Made by a program: the position numbers and the translations under genes. A stretch of 60,548 bases of DNA, from the IMG/VR virus record IMGVR_UViG_3300017647_000004, positions 1 through 60,548 of that record; one strand, given 5' to 3'. Positions 1 to 10,436 of the stretch are shown here, piece by piece (positions within the stretch are counted from its first letter, which is position 1; every line of letters starts with the position of its first letter). The notes beneath the pieces were generated by a model. That model had not been told where the DNA came from and made no database searches. It saw only the letters and a program-made list of their open reading frames with translations. Origin of the DNA: a virus. Taxonomy: Duplodnaviria; Caudoviricetes.

Positions 1-15
1 AAGTCGGTCAATGAC

Positions 16-336
16 GTGGACATCAGCGACTTCGCCAAGCTGGCCGAGATTGGCAAGCACAACATGGCGTTGGTCTCCAAGCTGTTCCATGCGCTGCTGG
101 ACATCTTGCCCAAGGTCGTCCCCTTGTTCACCAACCTGACCTCCGAGCAGTACGACAATCTCCTGATCGACGAGGGCATTCTCGTCCCGGTCGGGATTGT
201 CGGGGTCAACTACCCTTTTTTTACCCAGAGCTTGCTCCCGGCCTTGATCGGTTCGTTCTCTTCGATGACGCAGAAGAGGATGGAGGCGCAAGCAACCAAG
301 ATCGCGTCAAGGCAGCAAAACGGAAAGAAAGGCTGA
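16..336 (+). CDS. Tail assembly chaperone (gpG-like), probably 5'-truncated by window edge
   Basis: Directly upstream of tape measure gene; contains in-frame slippery heptamer C CCT TTT at 213-219. Confidence 0.75.
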   Translation: MDISDFAKLAEIGKHNMALVSKLFHALLDILPKVVPLFTNLTSEQYDNLLIDEGILVPVGIVGVNYPFFTQSLLPALIGSFSSMTQKRMEAQATKIASRQQNGKKG

Positions 337-656
337 AGAACGTCAGCGTTGCAAAATGGGTAGAGGACACGACGGGGCTGCTGGTACAAAACGGGCACAC
401 ACAGTCGGAAATCCGCGAATACTCGTATCTGCAATTCATGGCGTTCGCTCATGTAGCGGAGAGGCAAGAAGCTGCGCGGCGGATGCGGTTCGTAACGGAT
501 ATGGCGTCGGTTGTCGGCGGCATCTTCGCCAAGAAGGATAATCCGATAGCAAAGCATCTTGCGGCTCTTGAAGGTACATACTTCGAGGACACGAAAGATG
601 GCAAACCGAAGCGACCTAGACGTATACGTCAACGGCCACGACAACCTCACGCCTAG
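213..656 (+). other. Programmed -1 frameshift site and gpGT-like extension
   Basis: X XXY YYZ heptamer CCCTTTT (213-219); the -1 frame reads open from ~219 to TAG 654-656 (same frame as listed ORF 438..656). Confidence 0.75.
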
Positions 657-3600
657 TCTCAATCGGACGCTATCGAGCGTTATCCGCTGGGTCGGGGCGG
701 TCTCGTCCGCTCTGGCCGCCGCAGAGGTCGTGGCCTTCCCTGTCAAATCCATCCGCGAGTTCGAGCGCGAGATGGCGAACGTCCAAAAGACGACGCAGTT
801 CAGCGACCAGGAAATCCGGCAACTGTCCGGGAGCCTGAAAGACCTCTCTACTCGCATCGACATCTCGGCCACCGATCTCGCTAAGATCGCGGCGGCGGCG
901 GGCCAGCAGGGTCTCGGGCGCGAAGGCGTCCAGGGCATTGTACAGTTCACCGATTCCGTATCCCGCATGTCCTCGGTACTGGACATCTCGGTTGATGAAG
1001 CCGGTCTCGCGGTCGGTAAGCTGTCCTCCATCTTCAACATTCCCCTGACCGAAACGGAGAAGTTGGCCTCGGCATTCAACGAGGTAGCCAACAACTCCAC
1101 GGCCACGGGCGAGCAGTTGATCGACGTGGTACGACGGGTAGGCGATGCGGCGGGTGCGTTCAAGAGCTACGCCGACACCCTGGGCGTTGCCTCCACGGCT
1201 ATTGACTTCGGCGTATCGCCTGAAGTGGCCGGCACGTCCATCACCAAAATTTTCGCAGACATGCAAGGCAAGGCGGCCAAGTTCGCCGCCTTCATGAACA
1301 CGTCCGTCGATGACTGGATCAACCGCATCCAGACGGATGGCGTCAAGGCGTTCAAGGACTATCTGGACCGACTGCGCGACCTCGACGGCGCGAGCCGCCA
1401 AGCGACGATCCGGGAACTGTCCGGCACCGGGCGGATCGGGGCGCTGCTGAACAAGTTCGTCAACGATACGACCAACACCATCCTCAACCGGAACCTCGCC
1501 TCGGCCTACCGGGGCTTGAACTCCGGCACGTCTGCACTGCGCGAACAAGAGACCGTCATGAAGACGCTCGACGCGCAGATCAAGATCACCCAGAATGCCT
1601 TCCGTAACCTGGGCGTCACAGCCGGCGATCAGTTCGCCAAGCCGCTGGCGTCGATGATGGCGGAGTTGACGGATGCCTTCAAGAACCCTGCTGTCGTCTC
1701 TTTCGCGGAGTCGGTGGGCAAAGCATTCCTGGATGTCTTCCACGCTATCTCCGAGGGCATCAAGTATGTCTCGTCGCTGAACGTCAACTGGGAGAACTTC
1801 ATCCGGTTGGCCGTGGCTCTCACGGCTATCAAGGCGGCGGAATGGGCAGTCTCGTTTATCGCTCGGCTGACCGGCTTGAACCGGGTTTTGCAATCAACTG
1901 CAAAACAAGCGGCTGAGACGGCTGCTGCCGTGGATAATGCGACGAAGGCCGGCGCGGCGAACTCGGCTTCCGGCCAGATTGCGGCCCTGCGCCAGCTTTC
2001 GGCAGAACGCGCCAAGTACAAGGCCGCCATCGACGCCCAGAAGGCCGCAGAAGAGGCCCTGGCTGCTACGGAGGCTGCACGCGCTGCGGCGGTCTCTCGG
2101 CAGAACGCAGCTTTCGCAGGGCGACAGAACGCCTATCAGGCTGTCTCTCCCCAGGCCAGCGCGGTATCGGCCGCCCAGGCGGCTGCTGTCGCGGCCCAGG
2201 CTAACATCCAGCGGGCCACCGAAGCCGCCCAGCGCGCCATGAACACGCGCATCGAGCAAGCCGAGGCCCAACACCAAGCACGGCTGGCCGAGATCGAGCA
2301 GCAGTATCAGGCTCGTCGGCAGGCGGCCAAGGCCGCAGGCAACAATGCCGAGATTCGCGCACTGCGGGCGGCGAGGACCGAAGCCATCGCTGCCGAGGAA
2401 GCCAGCTACGAACGCTCGCTCCGGGCGATCAACGCCTACCATACACGGCGTATTGCCGCCGTCACTGCCGAGGCCCAGCAGGAGGCCGCAATCCGCGCCC
2501 AGGCGCTCGTACAGGCCCAGGCAGGGTACGGACAGGCCGCCAACGCTGCGGGCGTCACAGCGCAGGCTGCGGCCCTGCGGCAGGCATCCGCCGAAGTAGA
2601 CCGCCTGAACAAGGAAGTCGCTGCCGCCAAAGGCAACCTGGACACGGCGGCTGCGGGCGCTGCTGCTGCGGGCGCTGCCTTCAATCGGTTCGGCAACATC
2701 CTGGCAACGGTGCGCGCCGGCATCACGCTTCTGTTCCGCGTCCTGGGCGGGGCCTTCTTCTGGGGCACCATAATCTACACCTTCGCGGATATGTTCGGTC
2801 TGATCGACAAGCTGGGGCCGGCATTCACGAAGCTGACGGACGCCATCGGGCTCACGTCGGAATCGCAACGCAAGCTGAACCAAGAAGCGAAGGAAGCCAA
2901 CGATAGGCTGATCGAGCAGCAAAAGACTATCGACGACCATATCGACAAGTACAAGAAGCTGCAAGACGCCATGACGGGCCAGTTGCGCCCCGAAGACGTA
3001 GCGGCCTTGCCTACGATCCTGGGCGGAGAGAATCGAGATGCTGCCGCGCGCGCACTCGATGACGTTCTCACGACCATTCGCGGGGCGACCGAACTCATCC
3101 AGCAAAATCAGTCCAAACTGAAGTTGCTTCCCGACCAGCGTGCGGAAAAGGCTCAGGAACTTGCCCAGATCGAGAGCCAGTACACAGCGGCTATGCAGCG
3201 CATGCAAGCTGCGTCGGCCAAGCTGTCCGCGTCCCAACTCCAGCAGATCAACAACCCCAACGAGGCGCAAGCGGCCTCGGCTATCACGCCGGCCATGCGC
3301 TCCTATGCGGCGGCCAAGCGCGAAGTCGAGGAACTGACGAAATCGCTCGAAGCTGCCAAGGCTGCGGCGGGGAGCATTGGCGATGGCTTGAAGGAAGGTC
3401 TGGAGAAGCAAATCCGGTCGGCCCAGCAAGACCTCTCCACCTTGGCCCCTGTCGTCGCTGGATTGTTCACCGAGCAATCGGCTGGCATCTTCACCGAGTA
3501 TGCGGCGAAGCTGGCGGACCTGCGCGAGCAGATCGCCAAAGTCTCTCAGGCACGAGCGGAGTCTATCCAGGAGCAGGTCAAGGCCAGCGACAAGGGCCAG

Positions 3601-5763
3601 GAAGCCATCGACGCCCAGAAGGCCAAGACAGAGGAACTGACCAACACCCTGACGACGCTCAACGGCCAACTCCAGACGCAGACCCAAAATGCCCTGGATC
3701 AGATCGACAAGCTGTCCAAGCAACCCGGCGTCAGCCCGGAACTGCTGAACTCGCTGCAATACCTGCGGGTGCTGCTGTCGCTGTCTGCTGATGACACGCG
3801 CACGTTGCTGACTTCGTTGAACGATGTCTCGAAGGCCGGCGTGGCGCTGACCGGATCGAATGCACCCAAGCCGCCTCGTTCGTCCACCGGCACGCAAAGC
3901 TACTCGGCGGGCGGGGATAGCTCCGCACGGCGCGAAGCCAAGGCACGTCTGGCCCTTCTGAAGGCCCAGCACAAGGCCGAAGCCGACCTGGAGAAGCAGG
4001 CCAACGAAGAGCGCTTGCGCGACCTTGAGCACACCAACCAGCAGGGCCTCATCGCTATCCAGGACTTCTACAAGCGCAAACAGGCCATCCAACTGGCCGA
4101 CAACGCTAAGGCTATCGAACTGGCGAAGCTGGAGCGCGAGGGCGTCGCCAAAGAGGTTGCGGCCGCCAAGGATGCAGCGTCCCGGATCAACGCTCAAGCG
4201 TCGCTGGCGCGGCTCGATGGTGAGATCAAGGCTCTGCAACAACAGCGCGGGTTCATCCAGAACCAGATCAACCGCGATCAGGCAGACGCGCTGCGCGAGT
4301 TCACCGACCGGCTAGGCCAGGAGTCGTTGAAGCTGTCGGAATTCCTGGGCGGGACCGAGGACTCGGAGTTCTTCCGTCAAGCCTTGTCCACCTACGAGGC
4401 CGACTACCGCGAGTTCCTGAACCGTCTGCGCGCGCAATCCGCGACGATGCCCGAACTGCTGCCGATGATCGACAAGATCGAACTCCAGTTGAGGTTCCAA
4501 GCGGTCGGCAACGTCTTCAGCCAGATCAGCAAGGAAACCGACCTCGCCAGTGGCTCCCTGGATCGCTATGCCACGCGCCTGGGCCTGCTTCAGCAGCGCG
4601 GTGTTCTCACGACTGGCGATCTGGCAAAAGCCATGGACGGCGTTCGTCGTTCGCAGATCGCGCTCGCCCAAGAAGGTCTGGAGCGGATGGAGGCGCAGCT
4701 TTCCGGTCTGCCGAAAGAGAGCCTTGCGTTCAAGGAGTTGTCGGCGCAAATCGACGAGACCCGCCTGCGCATGCAGACGCTGAAGGCCGAGTCCAACGCA
4801 GTCGCCAAAGAGATCAATGACGGGTTCAAGAACGCCCTGTCCGACGCCTTCACGAACTTCAAGCTGGGCGACAATCTGGGCGATACGCTGCTGGGCATCC
4901 TGGGACAATGGTTGCAGACGCTGCAAGGCGTTCTGGGCCGGGCGCTGGCCGAGAACATCATGCAGGGCATCAATGGAGGGATCGGCGGCGATGGCATCGG
5001 CGGGTTCTTCGCCAACCTGTTCGGGATGTCCGATACGCTGTCGCAACCCGGCTCGTCCCCGACCAACCCGCTCTACACGGTGAATGCACGCGACCCCCTG
5101 GGCGGCCTGGGCGACATCAGCAAGGGCTTCAACATCTTCGGCGGCGGCAGCGACGATCCTCTGGGTGACTTCATCAAGTCTCTAGACGAAACCCCCGGCA
5201 AGATCACCCAGGGGATCGCCGAAGGCGCAGGCGGCCTTACCTCTGGCCTGGGCGGCATTTTCGACTCATTCCTGGGCGGTGCAAGCGGTCTCTTCGACAG
5301 TCTCTTGAATGGTATGGGCAGCCTGTTCTCCAGCCTCAGCGGGTTGTTCTCTGGCGGCGGCTCCGGTATGTGGGGCGCACTCTTCCAGGCCGCTGCGGTT
5401 GCCCACTCCGGGGCCATCGTAGGTCGGGGCGGCGGCGCACGCCGCAATGTCCCGATAGGTCTCTTCCACGGCGCGGCACGCTTTCACAGCGGTGCGGCCG
5501 GTGTTGGCCTGAAGCCGGATGAGGTTGCTGCGGTGCTCCAAAAGGGCGAAGAAGTCCTGTCTCGGAATGACCCTCGCAACGCGCTCAATGGCGGCCTGTC
5601 GGGCAACGGAGATGTCTCGGCCAAGCCGCAGGTCAATCTCCGCGTCGTACCCGTTCTGGACCCCGCTGTAGTCCCTGATGCGATGTCCTCGTCGGCGGGG
5701 GAGCAGGTTGTTATGGTCCACATTCAAAAGAATGCCTCTCGTATCAAACAGATGCTGAAATAA
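598..5763 (+). CDS. Tail tape measure protein
   Basis: Very long Ala/Gln-rich helical protein; TP901-like N-terminus (FEREMANVQKTT); C-terminal HSG..FHSG..PDEVAAVLQKGEEVL; ATG 598 with GAGGA upstream. Confidence 0.93.
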   Translation: MANRSDLDVYVNGHDNLTPSLNRTLSSVIRWVGAVSSALAAAEVVAFPVKSIREFEREMANVQKTTQFSDQEIRQLSGSLKDLSTRIDISATDLAKIAAAAGQQGLGREGVQGIVQFTDSVSRMSSVLDISVDEAGLAVGKLSSIFNIPLTETEKLASAFNEVANNSTATGEQLIDVVRRVGDAAGAFKSYADTLGVASTAIDFGVSPEVAGTSITKIFADMQGKAAKFAAFMNTSVDDWINRIQTDGVKAFKDYLDRLRDLDGASRQATIRELSGTGRIGALLNKFVNDTTNTILNRNLASAYRGLNSGTSALREQETVMKTLDAQIKITQNAFRNLGVTAGDQFAKPLASMMAELTDAFKNPAVVSFAESVGKAFLDVFHAISEGIKYVSSLNVNWENFIRLAVALTAIKAAEWAVSFIARLTGLNRVLQSTAKQAAETAAAVDNATKAGAANSASGQIAALRQLSAERAKYKAAIDAQKAAEEALAATEAARAAAVSRQNAAFAGRQNAYQAVSPQASAVSAAQAAAVAAQANIQRATEAAQRAMNTRIEQAEAQHQARLAEIEQQYQARRQAAKAAGNNAEIRALRAARTEAIAAEEASYERSLRAINAYHTRRIAAVTAEAQQEAAIRAQALVQAQAGYGQAANAAGVTAQAAALRQASAEVDRLNKEVAAAKGNLDTAAAGAAAAGAAFNRFGNILATVRAGITLLFRVLGGAFFWGTIIYTFADMFGLIDKLGPAFTKLTDAIGLTSESQRKLNQEAKEANDRLIEQQKTIDDHIDKYKKLQDAMTGQLRPEDVAALPTILGGENRDAAARALDDVLTTIRGATELIQQNQSKLKLLPDQRAEKAQELAQIESQYTAAMQRMQAASAKLSASQLQQINNPNEAQAASAITPAMRSYAAAKREVEELTKSLEAAKAAAGSIGDGLKEGLEKQIRSAQQDLSTLAPVVAGLFTEQSAGIFTEYAAKLADLREQIAKVSQARAESIQEQVKASDKGQEAIDAQKAKTEELTNTLTTLNGQLQTQTQNALDQIDKLSKQPGVSPELLNSLQYLRVLLSLSADDTRTLLTSLNDVSKAGVALTGSNAPKPPRSSTGTQSYSAGGDSSARREAKARLALLKAQHKAEADLEKQANEERLRDLEHTNQQGLIAIQDFYKRKQAIQLADNAKAIELAKLEREGVAKEVAAAKDAASRINAQASLARLDGEIKALQQQRGFIQNQINRDQADALREFTDRLGQESLKLSEFLGGTEDSEFFRQALSTYEADYREFLNRLRAQSATMPELLPMIDKIELQLRFQAVGNVFSQISKETDLASGSLDRYATRLGLLQQRGVLTTGDLAKAMDGVRRSQIALAQEGLERMEAQLSGLPKESLAFKELSAQIDETRLRMQTLKAESNAVAKEINDGFKNALSDAFTNFKLGDNLGDTLLGILGQWLQTLQGVLGRALAENIMQGINGGIGGDGIGGFFANLFGMSDTLSQPGSSPTNPLYTVNARDPLGGLGDISKGFNIFGGGSDDPLGDFIKSLDETPGKITQGIAEGAGGLTSGLGGIFDSFLGGASGLFDSLLNGMGSLFSSLSGLFSGGGSGMWGALFQAAAVAHSGAIVGRGGGARRNVPIGLFHGAARFHSGAAGVGLKPDEVAAVLQKGEEVLSRNDPRNALNGGLSGNGDVSAKPQVNLRVVPVLDPAVVPDAMSSSAGEQVVMVHIQKNASRIKQMLK
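1889..1902 (+). repeat. 14-bp dispersed motif copy (in TMP)
   Basis: TGCAATCAACTGCA. Confidence 0.85.
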
Positions 5764-5774
5764 GGGTAAAAGAA

Positions 5775-8700
5775 ATGGCTGATCCTATCATTTGGCCGTT
5801 GTTTCCGAACTGGGATGGTGGGGTTCTGGAACGACTCGAATGGCTGACCAGTATCCTGTCCAGCCCCTCCGGGGCGGAGCAGCGTCGCCAGTTGCGGATC
5901 AACCCCCGTCGCACCATCGAGGCGGGGTTTGTTCTCGACGGCACTGACCGCATGTGGGCGGACCTTGCGCTCCAGGACCGCAGCGTCGAGGACTGGTACT
6001 TCCCGATCTGGCACGATGTCACCTTCTACCAGGGCGGGCTGGCCCTGAACGCCACCGAGATTCCCATCGACACCACGGGCCTAGACTACACCGTAGGCGG
6101 TCTTGTCGCGGTTCGCGGGCGGGGGCAGCGGGAAGTCCAGACCTACACCATCACCGACATCCAGCCCAACAAGCTGGTAGTGGATCGCGTCGCCCGGTCC
6201 TGGAATGAGCCGGTCTTCATTTACCCTGTACGGCGCGGCCGGTTCAGCGAGCAACCGAAGCTGACCCGCCTGACCGACCGTAACTGGACGGTCCAGGCCG
6301 AGATCATCTTCAGCGAGAACTCCCCGTGGCCCGAGACCTCGTTTTCGCTCATGCACTTGGGTCTGCCGGTATTCGATACCCGCCCCAACGAAGACGAGAC
6401 CATCGACAGCACCTACCAACGCCTAACGGTAGAGGCCGATAACCAGACCGGCATCCCCAAAGTCACCGATACGGCCAATCTGGGGTTCGCTACGCAGACC
6501 TTTTACTGGACGTTGCGCGGGCGGCAGGCGAATGCAGAACTGCGCTCGCTGCTGTACTACCTGCGCGGGCGGCTTCGCCCGGTTTGGATTCCGTCGCACT
6601 ACGAAGACTTGCAAACGACCACGCCAGTGCTCTCGGGCGGCCACTACATGACGGTAAAGAACGTCGGGTATACCGCGTTTGCCGGCAGGCGTCCCGGGAA
6701 AGAGGACATCTACATCCTCATGAAGAACGGCATGTCGTACTGCCGCAGGGTTAAATCGTCGTACGAGGCTGACCCTAGCCGCGAGGTTCTGGTTTTGGAA
6801 GAAGCATTGCCTCCGGGATGGGACTGGAGGCAGGTTCTGCGCATCAGCTTCCTCTCCCTCATGCGGTTGAACCAGGACAGCATCGAGATCGACCATCAGG
6901 CAGATACGATGGGTGTCTCCAGGGTCACTGCGATCTTCCGCGCAGCGCCCGATCTGCGGGTAGCCACCGACTGGTCTCCAGTACCTTTCCCGTCCGCGTT
7001 CATGAGCGATACCGACTGCGGATGCACCACGGGATGCTGCGGCTCGCCATGGGCGCAGAACGGCGGCACCCCGACCAACGCATGGCTGGACCGCTACCAG
7101 GACTACATACGCGACGATCTGACGCCGATCTTCGTCAACAACATCATCGGCAAGATGGGGCAAGATGGAGCGACGCCGGAACAGATACAGGCCCGAGAGG
7201 AAGCACTGGCGGCGATTGCCAGCGAAGTAGCTGCGTATGGCGACAAGTCGGAGATTTTGTTCTATCTCGCCACGCTGCTGGTTAGCCTGGGCCTGCCGAG
7301 CGCGTATTACGGTATCGAGGCGTACGTCAACAGCACCACGCTGACCATCACGCAATTGCGCAAACTGGCCCAGAACATCAATTTGCAGATGCAGATGTTC
7401 ACCGAGTGGAACTATCGGCCGGTCGGCGTTGATCTTCTCGAAGGCTTGCGGCGCTTCCAGGCGTCGATCAAGAAGTCGGATGAGCCTACGATCCTGGGCG
7501 AGTTCTGCATCGAGATGTCCACCACCAGCCTCTACGGCACGCGGCGCGGCGCTACGACGCAGTTCTGGCCCACGGTAGCCAACATCTTCAAGGCATACGG
7601 CCTGATGGATTCCTGGGTTATCCCGCCGCTGGACGACTTCACTGCCACGCTGGACGGGCTGGACGGATTGGACCTGACGGCGCGTCCTGGTCGAGCGGTC
7701 GTACCCGTCATGATCTCGGAGTTTTTCGCTGCACACGATTACGACAGTAGCGCCAATCTCCCGATTCCAGGTGGCGGAATCTTCGCCCGCGCGGTTGTCA
7801 CCCGCCCCAATCAAATACCCGCAGACAGTCGCTTCAAGTATCGGCAAGGATCAACCACGTATGGCGTGACGGACTCCATCACGTTCCTGGGGGATCGAAG
7901 CGGAGACGCCATTCTGCAAGGATTGCCGAATGGATATGGCGCGTACACGCACTATGCTTTGTTGTATCTAGTTGACGGAAGTGGCAATCCGTTGCCGCGC
8001 AGTCTCCAGCCCACTGCATGGGTCAGCGATGGCGGCACCGAGGGCGACTATAAAGTCGGGTATGACCAGATGCTGACGTATGAACAGATTCTCGCAGGCA
8101 ATGTCTCTTTCCCTGGCGGGATTCCTCCGGGAGCCTGCCTGGGCATCTGGAACGCTTACGAAGGCGAATACGATGAGGAAGGGTTGCCGACCAAGAGGCT
8201 GCTGCGAGCACGCCCCATTGGCTCTATCGTCCCCAACCTCTACTCATCGTTCCGCTACCGCGCGGCCAGCATCGAGGTCCAGATGTCGCATTCGCCTGAC
8301 CAATCCTTCCAGGACGGCTCGGCGTACATCACGACACACCCGACATGCGTGCAGTCCTCTACATCCGTAGGCTCTTTCGAGGGTCGTCAGTGGAGTTGGG
8401 CGAGTCTCGCGGTCAACTATATGGCAGGCCAGCCCAGCACCATCAATACTTACACGGTCACCGCCAAGGACTATCGTAAAAAGCCGGAAGAGTTGCACGA
8501 AGACCTCATGGAAGTCCTTCCTCCTGTTGGCTCTGTTCTTATAATCCAGCCCGGGTTCTTCAACACGGATACGGGGGTTCCTGGCCCGGATGAAATAGCG
8601 GTTAGGTCGCCCATCGACGAGACCATCCAACCGCCGTACAAGCAGATACGGGATCAGTGGAGTCCTAGGAGCCAGCAAATCTATGACTGGGATCAGGAAG

Positions 8701-8879
8701 AGGAAAAATACGCCGCGTTCCCGGCCAGCGACCCCAACGATACGTCGGAAGACCCTTTCTATACGATTAACGGCACTGTCGTGAGCTTGAGCGACAAATG
8801 CCCGATCCCCACGTACTCCCTGGCGTACCCTCCGAGAGTGGCACTCAATGTCCGGGTAGAAGCGCCATCCGAAGATTGA
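5775..8879 (+). CDS. Distal tail/tail-tip structural protein with long C-terminal extension
   Basis: Follows TMP; N-terminus PNWDGGVLERLEWLT..SPSGAEQRR typical of chi/YuA-type tail proteins. Confidence 0.7.
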   Translation: MADPIIWPLFPNWDGGVLERLEWLTSILSSPSGAEQRRQLRINPRRTIEAGFVLDGTDRMWADLALQDRSVEDWYFPIWHDVTFYQGGLALNATEIPIDTTGLDYTVGGLVAVRGRGQREVQTYTITDIQPNKLVVDRVARSWNEPVFIYPVRRGRFSEQPKLTRLTDRNWTVQAEIIFSENSPWPETSFSLMHLGLPVFDTRPNEDETIDSTYQRLTVEADNQTGIPKVTDTANLGFATQTFYWTLRGRQANAELRSLLYYLRGRLRPVWIPSHYEDLQTTTPVLSGGHYMTVKNVGYTAFAGRRPGKEDIYILMKNGMSYCRRVKSSYEADPSREVLVLEEALPPGWDWRQVLRISFLSLMRLNQDSIEIDHQADTMGVSRVTAIFRAAPDLRVATDWSPVPFPSAFMSDTDCGCTTGCCGSPWAQNGGTPTNAWLDRYQDYIRDDLTPIFVNNIIGKMGQDGATPEQIQAREEALAAIASEVAAYGDKSEILFYLATLLVSLGLPSAYYGIEAYVNSTTLTITQLRKLAQNINLQMQMFTEWNYRPVGVDLLEGLRRFQASIKKSDEPTILGEFCIEMSTTSLYGTRRGATTQFWPTVANIFKAYGLMDSWVIPPLDDFTATLDGLDGLDLTARPGRAVVPVMISEFFAAHDYDSSANLPIPGGGIFARAVVTRPNQIPADSRFKYRQGSTTYGVTDSITFLGDRSGDAILQGLPNGYGAYTHYALLYLVDGSGNPLPRSLQPTAWVSDGGTEGDYKVGYDQMLTYEQILAGNVSFPGGIPPGACLGIWNAYEGEYDEEGLPTKRLLRARPIGSIVPNLYSSFRYRAASIEVQMSHSPDQSFQDGSAYITTHPTCVQSSTSVGSFEGRQWSWASLAVNYMAGQPSTINTYTVTAKDYRKKPEELHEDLMEVLPPVGSVLIIQPGFFNTDTGVPGPDEIAVRSPIDETIQPPYKQIRDQWSPRSQQIYDWDQEEEKYAAFPASDPNDTSEDPFYTINGTVVSLSDKCPIPTYSLAYPPRVALNVRVEAPSED

Positions 8880-8890
8880 AATTGATTGCA
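8877..8890 (-). repeat. 14-bp dispersed motif copy (TGA is stop of 5775..8879)
   Basis: TGAAATTGATTGCA on + strand. Confidence 0.9.
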
Positions 8891-8903
8891 AAGAGGTAGA
8901 ATC

Positions 8904-10424
8904 ATGGCTATTGAAGACGGTTGGTTTCAGATGGTCCAAGGCTCGGTCGTGGCGGCCCAGCCTTGGAATCGTCTTGTCGATCTGGTCGTACTGCGCGATA
9001 ACGGCACGCAGGTAGCCGGCATGCGCGTAGAGACGATCAATATCGAGAGCGAGGGGCGGTATCTGGTCTTGTTTCGCAAGGTTGTCCGGTATGCTGCAAC
9101 AGCCCCCGTCACGGGCGGGTTCGAGCTATTGACGGAAACAGGCAATCTCCTAGTCCGGGCGTTGATCCCCCCTTCTTCGGAAGTACCCCCCGCATCCAAT
9201 CTGCCAGTCATCGCTGGCCCGGGGGATCGGATCAGCCCTGAGATCGACCATTGGATGTTCTCCGACCATACCGGAGCCATCCCCACGGCCGACGATGATT
9301 TCGTTGATTTCGGCATCGGCAACCCGAACTTCGGTGTCTACGAGTACCGTAAGGTTGAGGACGAGGACACTATCCTGGTCCGGGCCATCAAAGCGCGTCG
9401 GCAAAGCGCCCAATTCGTCGTTCTGGTCCCGATGACTGCGGTCGTCAAGGCCGACTACGGATGTATGGTCTATGACGAGCCGTCTGGCGCCTGGGCATAC
9501 GAGGCCCACTACCCGATCCAGTTCACTCTCGATGTCTCTGCCAACAAGGATAGTGTGGACACACTGGGCGGTCTGGGTAACACGGGAACCTTGGCCCTGG
9601 CCCCCGGGCAAGAAACCTCCATCAAGGTTCTGGTTCGTCTGTCGGACAACGCGACTATCATCGAGAAAGATGTCCCCGTCACGCTGCCGAACATTCCTAC
9701 GTCGTACTGGAATATGGTCTTGGATCGGTATCAGGTCATGGCCCCCGAAGAGGCGGTCGAAAGCGGCATGACGATGCAGGAGCTTCAATGCCTGAAGCCT
9801 GGAACGTACCAGTACCACAGGACGGATGCTGGCGGCATCGAAGAAGCGACGAATACGTACGGCGGCGGGAGTCTCCACGTCTACGACGGCACCCCCGGAT
9901 TCCCGACGCTGGCTGCGTTCAGCGAATACGCCTCGGACGCCACGCGCTTCCCGGTCTCCACGTACTCGATGGAAGGGTCGCATGAGGTCTTCGGAGATCG
10001 CGGCTCCACCAGCATCTACGCAGCGCGTAACGAGCTTTCGCGGCTCGCGGGGCGCAGCACGGTATTCCGCGAGTACGTCGGCGCGGACCCCATGTCCGTT
10101 GGCCTGCTTGCGTACAAGTTTGACCAAGCCTATTTCAGATTCTACGGCTGGTCCACCAAGGAGGCCCATGGCACATGCTCGGGCCAGCCGGCCACTAACC
10201 CGTCGTTCTGCGGACCGTCTATTCCCTATGAATTCGGGTCGGGCCAGGAGGGTCTATTGCTATGGAATCAGACCGCCCAGAATGGCACTTGCTGGACGGG
10301 GGATGTAGCCACAGGCTGGTGCTACATCTCTCTGACAATCTTCAATCAGGTTTGCCCGGCCCGGAACACGCCGCATATACCTGCGCGGGTTGTCGGAAAA
10401 CCTCGCACGGCTGGCGTTCTGTAA
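8904..10424 (+). CDS. Hypothetical (probable virion) protein
   Basis: ATG 8904 after AGAGGT; within tail module; no recognised motif. Confidence 0.6.
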   Translation: MAIEDGWFQMVQGSVVAAQPWNRLVDLVVLRDNGTQVAGMRVETINIESEGRYLVLFRKVVRYAATAPVTGGFELLTETGNLLVRALIPPSSEVPPASNLPVIAGPGDRISPEIDHWMFSDHTGAIPTADDDFVDFGIGNPNFGVYEYRKVEDEDTILVRAIKARRQSAQFVVLVPMTAVVKADYGCMVYDEPSGAWAYEAHYPIQFTLDVSANKDSVDTLGGLGNTGTLALAPGQETSIKVLVRLSDNATIIEKDVPVTLPNIPTSYWNMVLDRYQVMAPEEAVESGMTMQELQCLKPGTYQYHRTDAGGIEEATNTYGGGSLHVYDGTPGFPTLAAFSEYASDATRFPVSTYSMEGSHEVFGDRGSTSIYAARNELSRLAGRSTVFREYVGADPMSVGLLAYKFDQAYFRFYGWSTKEAHGTCSGQPATNPSFCGPSIPYEFGSGQEGLLLWNQTAQNGTCWTGDVATGWCYISLTIFNQVCPARNTPHIPARVVGKPRTAGVL

Positions 10425-10436
10425 AAAGGTACTGAC

